NCBI GenBank assembly: GCA_963840165.1
Contig: CAWIXT010000001.1
Span: 10,653 to 74,652, forward strand
Length of the DNA stretch: 64,000 bases
Origin: an uncultured Gemmatimonadales bacterium
GTDB taxonomy: Bacteria; Gemmatimonadota; Gemmatimonadetes; Gemmatimonadales; GWC2-71-9
Direction of reading: 5' to 3'
The translations under genes were made by a program, and so were the position numbers. Within the stretch, counting starts at the first letter, position 1. Each line of letters opens with the position of its first letter. Shown in pieces: positions 39,113-50,900 of the stretch. The notes under the pieces were generated by a model. It was not told where the DNA came from. It saw only the letters and a program-made list of their open reading frames with translations, and did no database searches.

Positions 39113-39890
39113 CTCTTCGGTGGCAGGCCCTCGCGATGACTGCCATATCGACTTGGTGCAGCTCGCGGCCGCGCGCGCTCGGCGCTAGAAGAAGTCATTG
39201 CGAGCTGCCAAAGGCAGCGCGGCAATCCCGCGGATCACATGCCGCTCTTTAGAGGTCGTCGTACAGGTCTTGCCACCCGGGGTTAACACTCTCCACAAGC
39301 TCGACCTTTCGCCGCCGCGATCCGGCTTTGATCTGCTTCTCCCTTGAAATGGCGTTGTATGAGTCACCAAAGACTTCGTACAGGACCAGTTTGGTGCAGT
39401 GATACCTGGCGGTAAAACCTCCCCCTCTACCGGTGCGATGCTCCCCAGCCCGCCGAAGCAGATCATTGGTCACCCCGGTATAGAATACGGTGTTGCGAGG
39501 GTTAGACATGATGTAGACGTAGTATTGCCGGTCCATGACTTACGTTTACCACGATCGTACCCCACGACCACATCATACTGCGATTCTGTGGTACGGAGTA
39601 GCGCATCTAGATGGAGCGGCGGGATTACTTCGGGGCTGCGCCCCTCGGTGGCCATGGCGGCCCGGTGCAGCTCGCGGCAACGCGCTCGGCGCTAAGAGAA
39701 GTCATTGCGAGCTGCCAAAGGCAGCGCGGCAATCCCGCTGATCGCGCGCGTGATCCGGGGGATTGCTTCGGGGGTCCGCCCCTCGCAATGACTGCTGCGT
39801 GACCGGCGGGATGCCGGAGCCTGCCCCTCACTCAATGGCTGCGGGCGAGCTCTGAGCGCAGTGAAGGGGGCTACGCCCCTCGCAATGACT
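39113..39890. repeat. Cluster of REP-like GTCATTGCGAG...CTCGCAATGAC elements around the GIY-YIG gene
   Basis: GTCATTGCGAGCTGCCAAAGGCAGCGCGGCAATCCCG at ~39194 and ~39701; complementary arms at ~39757-39792 and ~39866-39889. Confidence 0.8.
39249..39536 (-). CDS. GIY-YIG nuclease family protein
   Basis: YYVYIM...FYTGVTNDLLRR..EH...FTARY...AISREKQIK...NPGWQDL. Confidence 0.93.
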   Translation of the reverse strand: MDRQYYVYIMSNPRNTVFYTGVTNDLLRRAGEHRTGRGGGFTARYHCTKLVLYEVFGDSYNAISREKQIKAGSRRRKVELVESVNPGWQDLYDDL

Positions 39891-39937
39891 GATTGTTGGC
39901 GAGCTGCGGCGCGCACCATAGCGGGCCCTGAGAGCAG

Positions 39938-41078
39938 CTACCGAGAGGTCGCTCCGAGCCAGCGAAAGTACCGGGCTATCCGACGCCGCATCGGCCCGAC
40001 CGGTTCTCGAGGAAGATCGGGTCCGCCAGCTGGGTCTCTCAGCGCGGCCGCGAACTGTTGGGCGTCTGCGAACCGGTCGTCCGGCGCCCGGGCCAGGGCC
40101 TTGTTCACCGCCTGCTCCAGCGGGACTGGGACGGCCTGCCGTACGATCCGGATGCCGGGAACTGGATCCACCATCTTTCGGGCGAGGATGCCGCCGGCCG
40201 TGGCAGCGGTGAACGGCGGCTCCCCGACCAGCATCTCGTAGACCACACAACCGAGGCTATAGATGTCGCTCCGGCCGTCGAGCTGAGGCTCACCCGCCGC
40301 CTGCTCCGGGCTCATATACTCGGGAGTCCCCAGAACTATTCCCGTTTCCGTCAGCCGTTCCCCTCCTGCGGCCGCCATGGCCCGGGCGATCCCGAAGTCG
40401 GAGACCACCGCGTGCCCGCCGCTCAGAAGGATATTCTCCGGCTTGATGTCGCGATGAACCACGCCGTGGGCGTGGGAATGGCCGAGGGCATCGGACACCT
40501 CGCCAGCGATCTGCAGGACGTCGGTGAGCGGGTAGCTGTGGCTCTCGCTTGAGGCGCGCCCGGAGCGACTCGCCATCGACATACGGCATGACATAGTAGA
40601 GCAATCCCTCGGACTCACCGGAGTCGTGCAGCGGGAGGATATTGGGATGCTGCAATTGGGAGGCAAAGCGGATCTCGCGAAGAAATCGCTCGGTGCTCAG
40701 GACAGCCCCGATCTCGGCGTGGGGGACCTTTACCGCGACTCGGCGATCGTGCTTGCGGTCGTAAGCCAGGTGAACCGTGGCTGCGCCACCCCGACCCAGC
40801 TCACAGATGATCTCGTAGGCGCCCACCAGTGACCCCGGCGGGACCCGGCTACCCGCAATTACTTCCGAAATGAGAGACGAGGCGTACTCCGCGGCCGGAT
40901 CCTGCAGGAAATGCTCTGCCGCCGCTGTCGCGCTGAGCAGGCGCTCGAGCTCGGCTGCAAGCTGGGGGTCGCTGCTGCGGACTTCAGCGAGCACCCGAGA
41001 CCGGCCGTCCGGTTCAGCGTCGAGCAGCTGGTCCAGCAGCGGCTCGATCTGATTCCAGCGATCGGCTCCGGAACTCAT
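39938..41078 (-). CDS. Ser/Thr protein kinase (frameshift near 40535; appears C-terminally short)
   Basis: LGRGGAATV, VAVK, HPNILPLHDSG, HRDIKPEN, DFG, GTPEYMSPE. Confidence 0.85.
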
Positions 41079-41657
41079 TGCACCTTTTGGCCGCGGGCCA
41101 ACTCCAGATAGAGCCAGCCCCGGGCCTTGGCCCAATCCCGCTGAACGGTCCGCGTCGTCACCCCAAGAGCCTCAGCGGTCTCTTCTTCGGTGAGTCCGCC
41201 GAAGTAGCGGCACTCGACTACCTGGCACAGTCGCGGGTTGAGTCGCGCCAAACGCTCCAGCGCCTCATCCAGCGCCAGCAGGGTCTCACCCCGCTCCGCC
41301 GCCGACGCATTCTCGTCCAGGGTGATCTGCTGCAACTCGCCGCCCCGCCGCTTGGCCCGGTGCCGCCGGGCGTAGTCCACCAGAATCCGGCGCATCGCGA
41401 TGGCGGCCACCCGGAAGAAGTGGGCCTCGATCCTGCCACTGGACCCGGGTTTGATCGGCGAGCTTGAGGTAGGTCTCGTGCACCAGGCCGGTAGTGCCCA
41501 GGGTGTGCCCGGGTCTTTCGCTTTGGAGCTGCCGGCTCGCGATTCGGCGGAGCTCGCCGTAGACCGCGTTGAACAAGCGGTCCATGGCCTCGGGGTGGCC
41601 CCCGCGGATCTCGTGGAGAAGATCGGTGATCTGCTCGCCGACCTGGTTACGTCCCAT
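41075..41657 (-). CDS. ECF sigma factor (TIGR02999-like), frameshift near 41430
   Basis: VYGELRRIA...TTGLVHETYLKL; AMRRILVDYARR...KRGG...VECRYFGGLTEEETAEALGVTTRTVQRDW. Confidence 0.9.
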
Positions 41658-41849
41658 GTGACCTGCTGCAAGTCTGGAGTGCTCCTCAGTCCAAGATGGG
41701 ATCCGGCAGAGGCGTACGCAACAGTCCTCCTTCATCGTACCCCCTCCGCTCTCCTCCGGTCGGCCCTCTCAGGGTACCCCATGTCGTATTCGGTCCCGGG
41801 CCTGCGCGTCAAGGACAGAAGCCAACATTTCCCCAGCAAGGAGTCCTTT

Positions 41850-42098
41850 ATGCGCAGTCCCTCCGTTGCTCTAGGCCTGGTCTTCTTCCTGTTCGCCTGC
41901 GAGTCGCCCACGGCACCCCGAGAAAACCCGGATGTGGATGCGGGGCGGATTCCTCCCGTCACTCTTGGCGGCGGCGCTGATGAGTGCCTGAAAAAGCGCG
42001 CCCCCGAGAAACTGGCCTATGCGCAGAGCGTGGAACCCGGTGGACTTCCCTCGTGCACCACGGACGAACCGGCTAAGGATGGCAAACCCATAAACTAG
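41850..42098 (+). CDS. Small lipoprotein
   Basis: AAGGAG RBS; LVFFLFAC lipobox. Confidence 0.65.
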   Translation: MRSPSVALGLVFFLFACESPTAPRENPDVDAGRIPPVTLGGGADECLKKRAPEKLAYAQSVEPGGLPSCTTDEPAKDGKPIN

Positions 42099-42146
42099 AG
42101 GCGGATTTGCGGGGCCGCCGCCGAGACTGGGATCTCGGCGGCGGCT

Positions 42147-42305
42147 CCAGTCGCCAGTCGCCAGTCGCCAGTCGCCAGTCGCGAGTCGTGAGTCGCGAGT
42201 CGCGAGTCGCCGCCGCAGTATCTACCCCCGCTTTATCTACCGCCGCGGTATCTACCGCCGCTTTACCTACCGCCGCTTTACCTACCGCCGCAGTATCTAC
42301 CGCCT
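42147..42305. repeat. 7-bp (AGTCGCC/AGTCGCG) and 15-bp CTACCGCC-type tandem repeats
   Basis: Read directly from the sequence. Confidence 0.85.
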
Positions 42306-42352
42306 ATCTTTTCCTCTCCCCCAGTTGAACCGCCCAGCGCACCGGAGACCCA

Positions 42353-42913
42353 ATGGGCCTTGCCCTGCTCGTTCTGCTCGGTCTCGCCGCCTTCGTCATC
42401 GTCACCTACAACAGCCTGGCCCGACTCCGGCTCCTCGCCGCCAACGCCTGGGCCGACATCGACGTCCAGCTCAAGCGGCGGCACGATCTCATCCCCACGC
42501 TGGTGGCCACGGTCAAAGGCCACGCGGGCTACGAGAAGGGGACTCTCGAGGCCGTGGTCGCAGGCCCGCAACCGCGCCCTGAGCGCCGGCGGGCCCGCCG
42601 CCGCCGGCGAGGCGGAAGGGGCGCTGGCCGCATCGGTGCGGCAGATCTTCGCCCTCGCCGAGGCGTACCCCGATCTCAAGGCGGGCGGAGAGCTTCCTCT
42701 CGCTGCAGCGCGAACCTCAGCAGCATCGAAGACGATATCCAGAACGCGCGCCGCTACTACAACGCGGTGGTGCGCGACCTGAACACGAAGATCGCGCAGT
42801 TCCCCTCGAACCTGGTGGCCAGCGCCTTCGGCTTCCGGCCGCGGGAGTCCTTCGGCCTGGACGATCGGTCGGAGCAGGCCGTGCCGCGGATAGATCTCGG
42901 AGCCGGCGCGTGA
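42353..42913 (+). CDS. lemA: LemA family protein (internal compensating frameshifts)
   Basis: YNSL...AWADIDVQLKRRHDLIP; AEAYPDLKA in an alternate frame; ARRYYNAVVRDLNTKIAQFPSNLVA. Confidence 0.9.
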   Translation: MGLALLVLLGLAAFVIVTYNSLARLRLLAANAWADIDVQLKRRHDLIPTLVATVKGHAGYEKGTLEAVVAGPQPRPERRRARRRRRGGRGAGRIGAADLRPRRGVPRSQGGRRASSRCSANLSSIEDDIQNARRYYNAVVRDLNTKIAQFPSNLVASAFGFRPRESFGLDDRSEQAVPRIDLGAGA

Positions 42914-44632
42914 TCCGGCCGGCCCTCCTGCTCCTCCTGGCTCTCGCGGCCGACCCCGGCCCAGGCCCAGCGCGTCGCTGACGATCAAGCGCTTCGATGC
43001 CACCATCGTCGTCACCCCCGACGGGAGCGTCGACGTCACCGAGACGATCACCGCCCAGTTTACCGGCTCCTGGAACGGGATCTTCCGCACCGTGCCGGTC
43101 GAGTACCGGACGCCGCAGGGCTTCAACTGGACCCTCCGGCTCGATCTGGTGGGCGTCACCGACGAGAAGGGCCAGCCGCTCGAGGGGTCGAGAGCAGCCG
43201 CGAGCGCCACTACATGAAGTACAAGATCCGGGTGCCCGGGGCGGTGGATGCGACCCGCACCGTGGTGATCCGTTACCGGGCCGCGAACGGGCTCCGCTTC
43301 CTCGAGGAGCACGACGAGCTCTACTGGAACATCACCGGCGACGAGTGGGACGTGCCGATCGAGGCCGCCTCCGCCCGCATCGTGCTGCCGGCCGCGGCCA
43401 CCGGAGTTCGCGCCATCGCCTTCAACGGCGCCTACGGATCCACCGCGCGCGATGCCGTCGTCAAGACCGAGGGCACCACGGTTCGCGTCACCATGCCGCA
43501 CCGGCTCGACTTCCACGAAGGGCTCACCGCCGTGGTGGGCTGGAACAAGGGCCTCGTCGCCCAGCCGACCGACGCGCAGGAGGCGCGTCGGATTCCTCGG
43601 GAGCAACTGGCCGCTCGCCATCCCGATTCCGGTGTTCCTCGCGATGTTCGCGCATCTGGCGCCGGGTCGGCCGCGATCCCCAGCGGCGGCCGGTCGCGGT
43701 GCAGTACGAGCCGCCCGAATCTCTCACCCCCGCCGAAGCCGGCACCCTGATGGACTACTCGGCCGACATGCGGGATATCACGGCGACGGTGGTGGATCTG
43801 GCCGTGCGCGGGCATCTGCAGGATCGAGGAACGGGAGGAGAGCGCGCTGCTCGGGCTCATAACCAGGACGGAGTACGTGTTCCACCGGACCGACCCTCCT
43901 GCGGGCGCGCGCCGAGCTGGAGCCGCACGAGCGATCGGGTGCTGAGCGGAATCTTCTATGACGGCAGCGCCGAGGTCGAGCTGTCCGACCTGGAGAACCA
44001 GTTCTATCGAACTCTTCCGGGTGTGAAGCAGGACATCTTCAAGCGGCTGGTCGGCCGGGGACTCTACCGATCGCGCCCCGACAAAGTCCGCAGCAACTGG
44101 TTCGTGGGTGCCGTCCTTCTGGTTGTCGCCATCGTCGGCGGGAGCATCGTCGCTCAGTGCCAGAGTTCGGTCTCAGTCCGATCGCCGGTCTTCGTCGCCG
44201 CGCTGGCCAGCGGGCTGATCGTGGTCTGGTTCGGCCGGATCATGCCAGCCCGAACTGTCGCCGGCGCCCGCACGCTCGAGCACCTGCTCGGCTTCGAGGA
44301 GTTCCTGTCGCGGGTCGAGAAGGACCGATATGAGCGGGTGGTGAAGACGCCGGAGATGTTCGAGAGCTATCTGCCGTTCGCCATGGCGTTCGGGGTGGAG
44401 CGCAAGTGGGCCAAGGCGTTTCAGAGCATCTATCGGGAGCCGCCCAAGTGGTACGTCGCCAGCAACTCGTCCGGCTTCGACCTCGGCCGCCTGTCCAACA
44501 GCCTGAGCGACATGTCGAGGCGGGCGCAGAGCGCCATGACCTCCTCACCGCGCAGCACCTCGAGTGGATCGGGCTTCAGCAGGCGGGTCGTCAGGGGGAG
44601 GACGCGGGGGTGGTGGGGGAGGGGGCTGGTAA
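42910..44632 (+). CDS. DUF2207 membrane protein (several frameshifts)
   Basis: DELYWNITGDEWDVPI; LGFEEFL...FESYLPFAMAFGVERKWAKAF; Gly-rich end; follows lemA. Confidence 0.85.
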
Positions 44633-44960
44633 GGCGGTAGGTAGTGCGGCGGTAGGTAGTGCGGCGGTAGGTAGTGCGGCGGTAGGTAGTGCGGCGGTAA
44701 GGCGGACGGGCGGACGGCAACAGCCAAGACCTCATCCCGAGCGCATGCGAGGGATCTACTCTGAACTCGCCTTCAACTCAGGGTAGATCCCTCGGTCGCT
44801 GACGCTCTCTCGGGATGAGGTGCTTAGTTCGCTCTACCGCCTTACCGCCTTACCGCCTTACCGCCGCACTATCTACCGCCTTACCGCCTTACCGCCTTAC
44901 CGCCGCACTATCTACCGCCCTACCGCCCTACCGCCGCAGTATCTACCGCCGTACCGCCCG
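44632..44960. repeat. GGCGGTAG/CTACCGCC tandem repeats flanking a REP-like hairpin (44729-44821)
   Basis: Repeat tracts in opposite orientation around CCTCATCCCGAG...CTCGGGATGAGG. Confidence 0.8.
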
Positions 44961-45962
44961 GCACCGGCGGCGGCGCCCAGTCCACCCACGTGAGCCGCAC
45001 CCCGTCCACGCTGCTCGATGCCATCGCCGAGGGTGTGGCTCCCCTCCGGGCCGCCCGGCGGATCCGGCACTCCGGTGAGCCGCTCCCAATGGACCGGCTC
45101 AACTCTCATCGAGAACTCGAATCCGAGCCGGGCCGCCTCACACTCAAACTCGGCCCAATCGAACGTCGCCCGTCCATCGGTGCAGGCGCCCGTCATCTCC
45201 TCCAGCGCATTTGCCTGGCTCCCCTCGACCGCCAACCAGCTCCCCACGTCCCGCACCAGGTACTCGCCCATAAATCCGGCGTAACCCGCCGGACTGCCAC
45301 CGCCACCTCCACCCGGAGTCGTGTCGGGCGGAGAGTAGGCGACCCGGATCGGTCGCGCCGGTCGCCGGCAACTCCGGTCATGACATCGGGCACCGTGGCG
45401 CCACTGCGTTGCTTGCCCACGTCCGCCACGATACGCACCACCTCGGCCATGCGCTCCGGCTCCCACGCGATCAACGTACGCATGGAGTAGGTACTCTCGA
45501 CCGTGCATTCGGGAGGCTCGCTGGGGAATCGGGGGCGCCACCACGGTATCCGGCGTGATCCCGCCACCGCCGTCGGGCGGCACCACACCGGTGCTGTCGA
45601 CCGGCGGCCATTCGCCGGGGTCGCCGGGCTCTGCCCAGCCGCTGTCGGAGGGCCAGCTGCAGACCAGGTTGGGATAGTCGATCTGCTCCGCCACCGCGAG
45701 GAAGCTCCGTGCCGCGCCATCGATGGTGACGTCCACCGGAGTCGCGTGCCCGGTGAGCCGGACAATTTCGGCGGCATGCCTCGAGCGCCTCGGCGGCGGG
45801 AGAGTACCCACCCGCATCCACCGAATCGGCCAGGCGCTCGAACTGACCCGCGAGTCGCGCGCCGTCGCCATCAGTCCTGGGCCGCGGCCCGGTTCCGCCG
45901 CCATCACCGCAGCCGAACACGAGCCATGTTGCGCCAATGGTCAACCAAGGGGCGTATCGCAT
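44950..45962 (-). CDS. Hypothetical lipoprotein (frameshifted; 3' end uncertain)
   Basis: MRYAPWLTIGATWLVFGC lipobox; continues in ORF 44912-45937. Confidence 0.55.
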
Positions 45963-46019
45963 ATCAGCGATTATAGCGTTCGGCCGCAATTGCGCGAGAT
46001 GGTGGTGCGGACTGGAACG

Positions 46020-46280
46020 GGCGGTAGGTACTGTGGCGGTAGGCATGCCCCGAGCGATTGAGGCGAGGGGTACTGCGGCGGTAGGTACTGCGGCGGTAGG
46101 TACTGCGGCGGTAGGTACTGCGGCGGTAGGTAGTGCGGCGGTAAGGCGGTAGTGAAGGACACCTCATCCCGAGGGAGCCCTTCGCTGCGCTCGAGGGCGG
46201 GCTTCGTGACCGAGGGACCTACTCCACGAGTTCGAGATTTCTACGGAGTAGATCCCTCGCATGCGCTCGGGATGAGGTGT
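46020..46280. repeat. 15-bp GGCGGTAGGTACTGC repeats plus REP-like hairpin
   Basis: Read directly; CACCTCATCCCGAG...CTCGGGATGAGGTG. Confidence 0.8.
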
Positions 46281-46535
46281 TGGCTGGTCCCGTCCGCCAG
46301 TCCGCCTGTCCGTCGGCAGTTTCGGGAATGGCGGGGTGCTTCTAGCGAGTTCAGCGGGTACGTCTCTGCGGGTCCCTTACCGCCTGACCGACTGACCGGT
46401 CATCCTAGAGTGCCAAGCTCTGGGCGCTGGAGAAGGAGTTCGAGGAAAGAGGGAGTGAGGCACTATCCATCTGAACTACGGAATTCGGAGGTCCCTGCCG
46501 CCTGGTGGTGCCGAAGCTCTACGTCTGGAACAACA

Positions 46536-47642
46536 TCAGACGAGCGGGGCCCGAAGCCTTGCGTTGACGGCCGCCCGAGTGTGTACCCCCAGCTTTTGGA
46601 GAATCCTTTCCGTGTGCCGGCGGACAGTATGACGACTGATCCCGAGCCCGGCCGCGATCTCTTCGCTGGTGGTGCCGTGGGCGATCAGCGCCGCCACCTG
46701 CGCCTGTCGCTGGGTGAATCCGTGCTGCTCCCGGAGGCTGGCTGTGGAGGGGTGCCGCAAGCTGACGCAGTCTACTGTTACGATCACCACGACCCGGTCG
46801 TGGAATAATCTCTGCCCACACAGAGAACCTCGCACCCGGTACAGTGCATTTCCCGTCTGAACGCGCAGGAGGACGCGAGCTCCTTCATGTGGGCCAGGAG
46901 TCCCCCTGGCAGTTGACGCGTGGCTGGCTGTGTCCCTGGCGACGAGGCGGATGGCGATATGGAGCTTATCTCGCTCGGGGTCGGCGGCCAGCATGGCGCT
47001 GAGCGCAGGGTTCTGATGCACCACGCCGCCGGTGGCGTTCGCAAGCAGAATTCCCACCGTCAGTGAATCGAGGGTGCGCGCCAACCCGGTCCGATGCTGC
47101 TCCAGCATGCGGGCCGTGGCCACCCCCGCTTTGAAGGCGGGCAGCATCAAACCGAGAACTGCCAGTCCGGTATCGCCAAATGGGCGGGCCCTCGAGGTGT
47201 TGTGGTAGAGGTGCAGTGAGGCCATTCCAAATCCCCCGTTTACCTCGAACCCCATCGCCAGGCAGTCCAGCAAACGGTACGGGACCGCCCACTCGTTCTG
47301 AATGGGAATTTTCCAGAGCTCGGCGGGGTCGTAGATCGACTCGAGGTTGAAAACCTCGAGTCCCAGCTCCTTCCGCTTCTGGTGCAGGCCAAAATCGAAG
47401 CGATGGTAATAGTCCACGTAGGCATCGATCGCGCGCCGGGTATCATCGCGGTCAGTATGTATCAACTCGTAGCCGGCTACGGGCACATTGAACGCAGCGG
47501 CATCAGCGCCGGACAAGTTCTTCATGCACGTCAGACAGTCGGTCCGCCAACCATCGAAGCTGGATGCGTCGAGCGGCGACAGTAGCGCAGTGCTTGCGGC
47601 ACGATACCTGGTGACATCTGCGGACGAGAGCGTGAGTGACAT
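46536..47642 (-). CDS. LuxR-type HTH transcriptional regulator
   Basis: C-terminal FTQRQAQVAALIAHGTTSEEIAAGLGISRHTVRRHTERILQKLGV. Confidence 0.9.
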   Translation of the reverse strand: MSLTLSSADVTRYRAASTALLSPLDASSFDGWRTDCLTCMKNLSGADAAAFNVPVAGYELIHTDRDDTRRAIDAYVDYYHRFDFGLHQKRKELGLEVFNLESIYDPAELWKIPIQNEWAVPYRLLDCLAMGFEVNGGFGMASLHLYHNTSRARPFGDTGLAVLGLMLPAFKAGVATARMLEQHRTGLARTLDSLTVGILLANATGGVVHQNPALSAMLAADPERDKLHIAIRLVARDTASHASTARGTPGPHEGARVLLRVQTGNALYRVRGSLCGQRLFHDRVVVIVTVDCVSLRHPSTASLREQHGFTQRQAQVAALIAHGTTSEEIAAGLGISRHTVRRHTERILQKLGVHTRAAVNARLRAPLV

Positions 47643-47783
47643 TCAGACTCGCATGAGCCCGGCGGTCACGGCCGACCGGGAACGCACGTCCAGCTTCCGC
47701 ACGACGGTTTCAGCGTGGTAGAGGAGCTCTGTGAGGGCCGACTGAAGACGAAGGACGTCCTCAGTCGAGAGGGTCAGAGACAA
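47643..47783 (-). pseudogene. Internally deleted LuxR paralogue
   Basis: LSTEDVLRLQSALT fused to ETVVRKLDVRSRSAV; these match the N- and C-termini of 55823-56602. Confidence 0.75.
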
Positions 47784-47988
47784 GAGGGCTCGAAGGGCGG
47801 GAGTGCCTCTAACGTACCTCCGGAACAGGGGTCCGCAAGCGGCATAGGGCAATCGTCCCATGCGCGACGCAGAGGGAGGCACCACAATGTGGGTTGGTTT
47901 ACCGTGGGTCGTGGTTGCACCGATCAGAAGCGTTGCCGCTCGTCCTCGATCTCCCGCATACCACCCGATTCGCAGTTGGAGGCACACC

Positions 47989-50900
47989 ATGAGGTGTTCC
48001 GCGAAGCTCGCCGTCCTTTCGCTCGTGCTGGCTGCCTCGAGTTGCGCGGACGATCGCCTGGTAGGTCCTGGTTCTGAAGCCGCTCCCGAACCGGCACAGC
48101 TCTCGACCGTGTTACATGATGGCTCGTTGGCTTATGTCGCGAATCTTGGCTCAGGCAACGTCTCGGTCATCCGCATCTCAGACCATAGCCTGGTTGCCGC
48201 AGTACCGGTGGGGACATGGCCATTTGGAGTGGCATTCGCACCCGACGCCGAGCACGTCTACGTCGCCAACATCCAATCCCACAACGTGTCGGTCATCCGG
48301 ACCTCTGACCACACGGTGACAGCCACCGTCCCTGTGGGGCGGGACCCACACGGTGTAGCCGTCGCACCGGGCGGGGCGGCAGTGTATGTGACGAACCACG
48401 CCGGGAGCAGCGTGTCAGTCATTCAACGGCCGGGCCACGTCGTGGCGGCCACGATTCCAGTTGGCGCCAACCCATATGGAATGGCGTTCGCTCCCGACGG
48501 AAGCCGGCTATACGTCACCAATACCGTCAGCTCCGACATATCGATCATCCGGACGTCGGATAACACCGTTCTCCAGACCATTGCGGCTGGAAACCGTCCC
48601 CGGGGCATACTCATGACCCCGGATGGCGCCCACCTGTATGTGGCGAACCAGCTCGCCAATAATGTCTCAGTCATTCGGACATCGGATCTTGTCGAGGTCG
48701 CTGCCGTGCCGGTCGGCAATGGACCCTTCGGGCTGGGGATCACACCAGATGGATCTCATGTGTACGTAACCAACATCTTCGGTGGCAGTGTCTCAGTAAT
48801 CCGAACCAGCAGCAACAGTGTAGTCGCGACCATTCTTGTCGGCCCGAGCCCGGTTGGGGTGGGGGTATCGCCCGACGGAGCTCGTGTATATGTCAGCGTT
48901 CAGGACGACGATAAGCTTTCCGTCATCCGGACATCGGATCATACCGTCGTGGAAACGGTGGCTGTCGGAGATGGGCCGCGGGAACTGGTGATCGGCACGA
49001 TCCCCGCTGTCCAGACCATCACCTTCACGTCGACTCCTCCTGCACCGGCGAGAGTTGGCGACATCTATCCCGTGACGGCCACGGGCGGTGGATCCGGCAA
49101 TCCGGTGCGATTCACCACCACGACCGCGACTTGTTCGGCCAGCGGTTCGCTGATCCGATTTGTCAGTTCCGGTATCTGCGTCGTCACCGCGAATCAGAAC
49201 GGCAATGCGGCCCATCGGCCGGCGCCCTCCGTGGAGCAGAGCATTGCCGTGGAGCCGGGCAAGGAAGCGGTTGCATACGTCGCCAACCTCCGTTCCGATA
49301 ACGTCTCGGTCGTCCGCACGTCCGACAATGTGCTTGCCGCTACCATACCGGCCGGGGATGGCCCCTTCGGAGTAGCGGTCACACCCGATGGCGCTCGGGT
49401 CTTCGTGACGAACATCTTTTCTCATAACATCTCGGTGATTCGCACATCCGATCACGCCCTGATCGCCACGATTCCTGCGGCCAGTCCCCACGGTGTGGCC
49501 ATCATGCCCGGTGGCGTATTTGCGTACGTGGCAAACCACAACAGTCCGACAGTTTCTGCCATCCGGGTTTCCAACAACACGGTGGCGGCTACGGTGACGG
49601 TGGGAGCCAGCCCGTACGCCGTGGCATTTACCCCGGACGGCGCCTATGCCTACGTAACCAACACTAACTCGGCCGATGTATCGGTGATTCGAACCGGGGA
49701 CAATACCGAGGTGGCCAAGGTGCCGGTCGGGGCCAGTCCTCGTGGTGTCGCCGTGAGCCAGGATGGCTCGCGCGCGTATGTTCTGAACCAGCGCTCCAAC
49801 ACCATCTCCGTCATCAGTACGTCCGACAACACGGTGACGGAGACGCTGCCGGCCGGCAACGGTCCTTTCGATGTAGCGATCACTCCCGACGGCTCCCGCC
49901 TGTACGTCAGCAACATCTTCGGGAATGATGTGTCGGTTATTCAGATCTCGGACCACCGCGTGATCGCGACCTTGCCGGTAGGCAATTTCCCAGCCGGGGT
50001 GGCGGTTACGCCGGATGGAGCCCACGTCTATGTCGCGAACCAGGAAGGCAATGACCTGACGGTGATCCGAACTGTGGATCACACCATTAGCACCACCGCT
50101 CCAGGCGTCGATGGTCCATCGATGGTTGCGATAGGGTTCGCCCCGATCTCGCAGGCGATCACCTTTACGTCGACCCCGCCCACGCCTGCCAGGGTGGGCG
50201 CAGCCTACACCGTGACGGCTACCGGCGGTGGGTCGGGGAACCCGGTTGTACTGACGACATCGACATCGTCGTGCTCGATCGATGGGTCAGTGGTCAGTTT
50301 CTTGACGGTGGGAACCTGCATCGTGAGAGCGAATCAGGAAGGAAACAGCAGCTACCGGACAGCGCCATCTGCCGATCAGGTCATCGAGGTGCTCAAGGGC
50401 GAGCAGTCCGTCAGCTTCAGCACCACTCCTCCCGATCCAGCATTCGTTGGAGAGGGCTACGTGGTGGCGGCGGCGGGTGGTGGTTCCGGCAATCCCGTGG
50501 AGTTCACCAGCGCGGATGAAGCTATATGCGCAGTCAGTGAGTCCGCAGTCGGCTTCGCCAGTGCGGGAAGCTGTCAGATCATCGCTACACAAGCCGGCAA
50601 TGCGAACTACAACGAAGCTCAACCCGCTACTCAGGATATTCTGGTGGTGAAGCGGCCACAGGTGATCACGTTCACCTCGTTGGCGCCGAGCCCGGCGCTG
50701 CTGGACGGCAGCTACACCGTGACTGCCTCCGGCGGCAACTCGGGGACCCCGGTAACCTTCAGCTCACTGACTCCGGCCGTGTGCACGGTGTCCGGAAGCG
50801 CAGTTGCATTCGTTGGAATTGGTGCGTGCCGGGTGGTCGCGGATCAGGCAGGCAACAATGAGTATCTGGCCGCATCCCAGCAGATTCAGCAGATCCGTGT

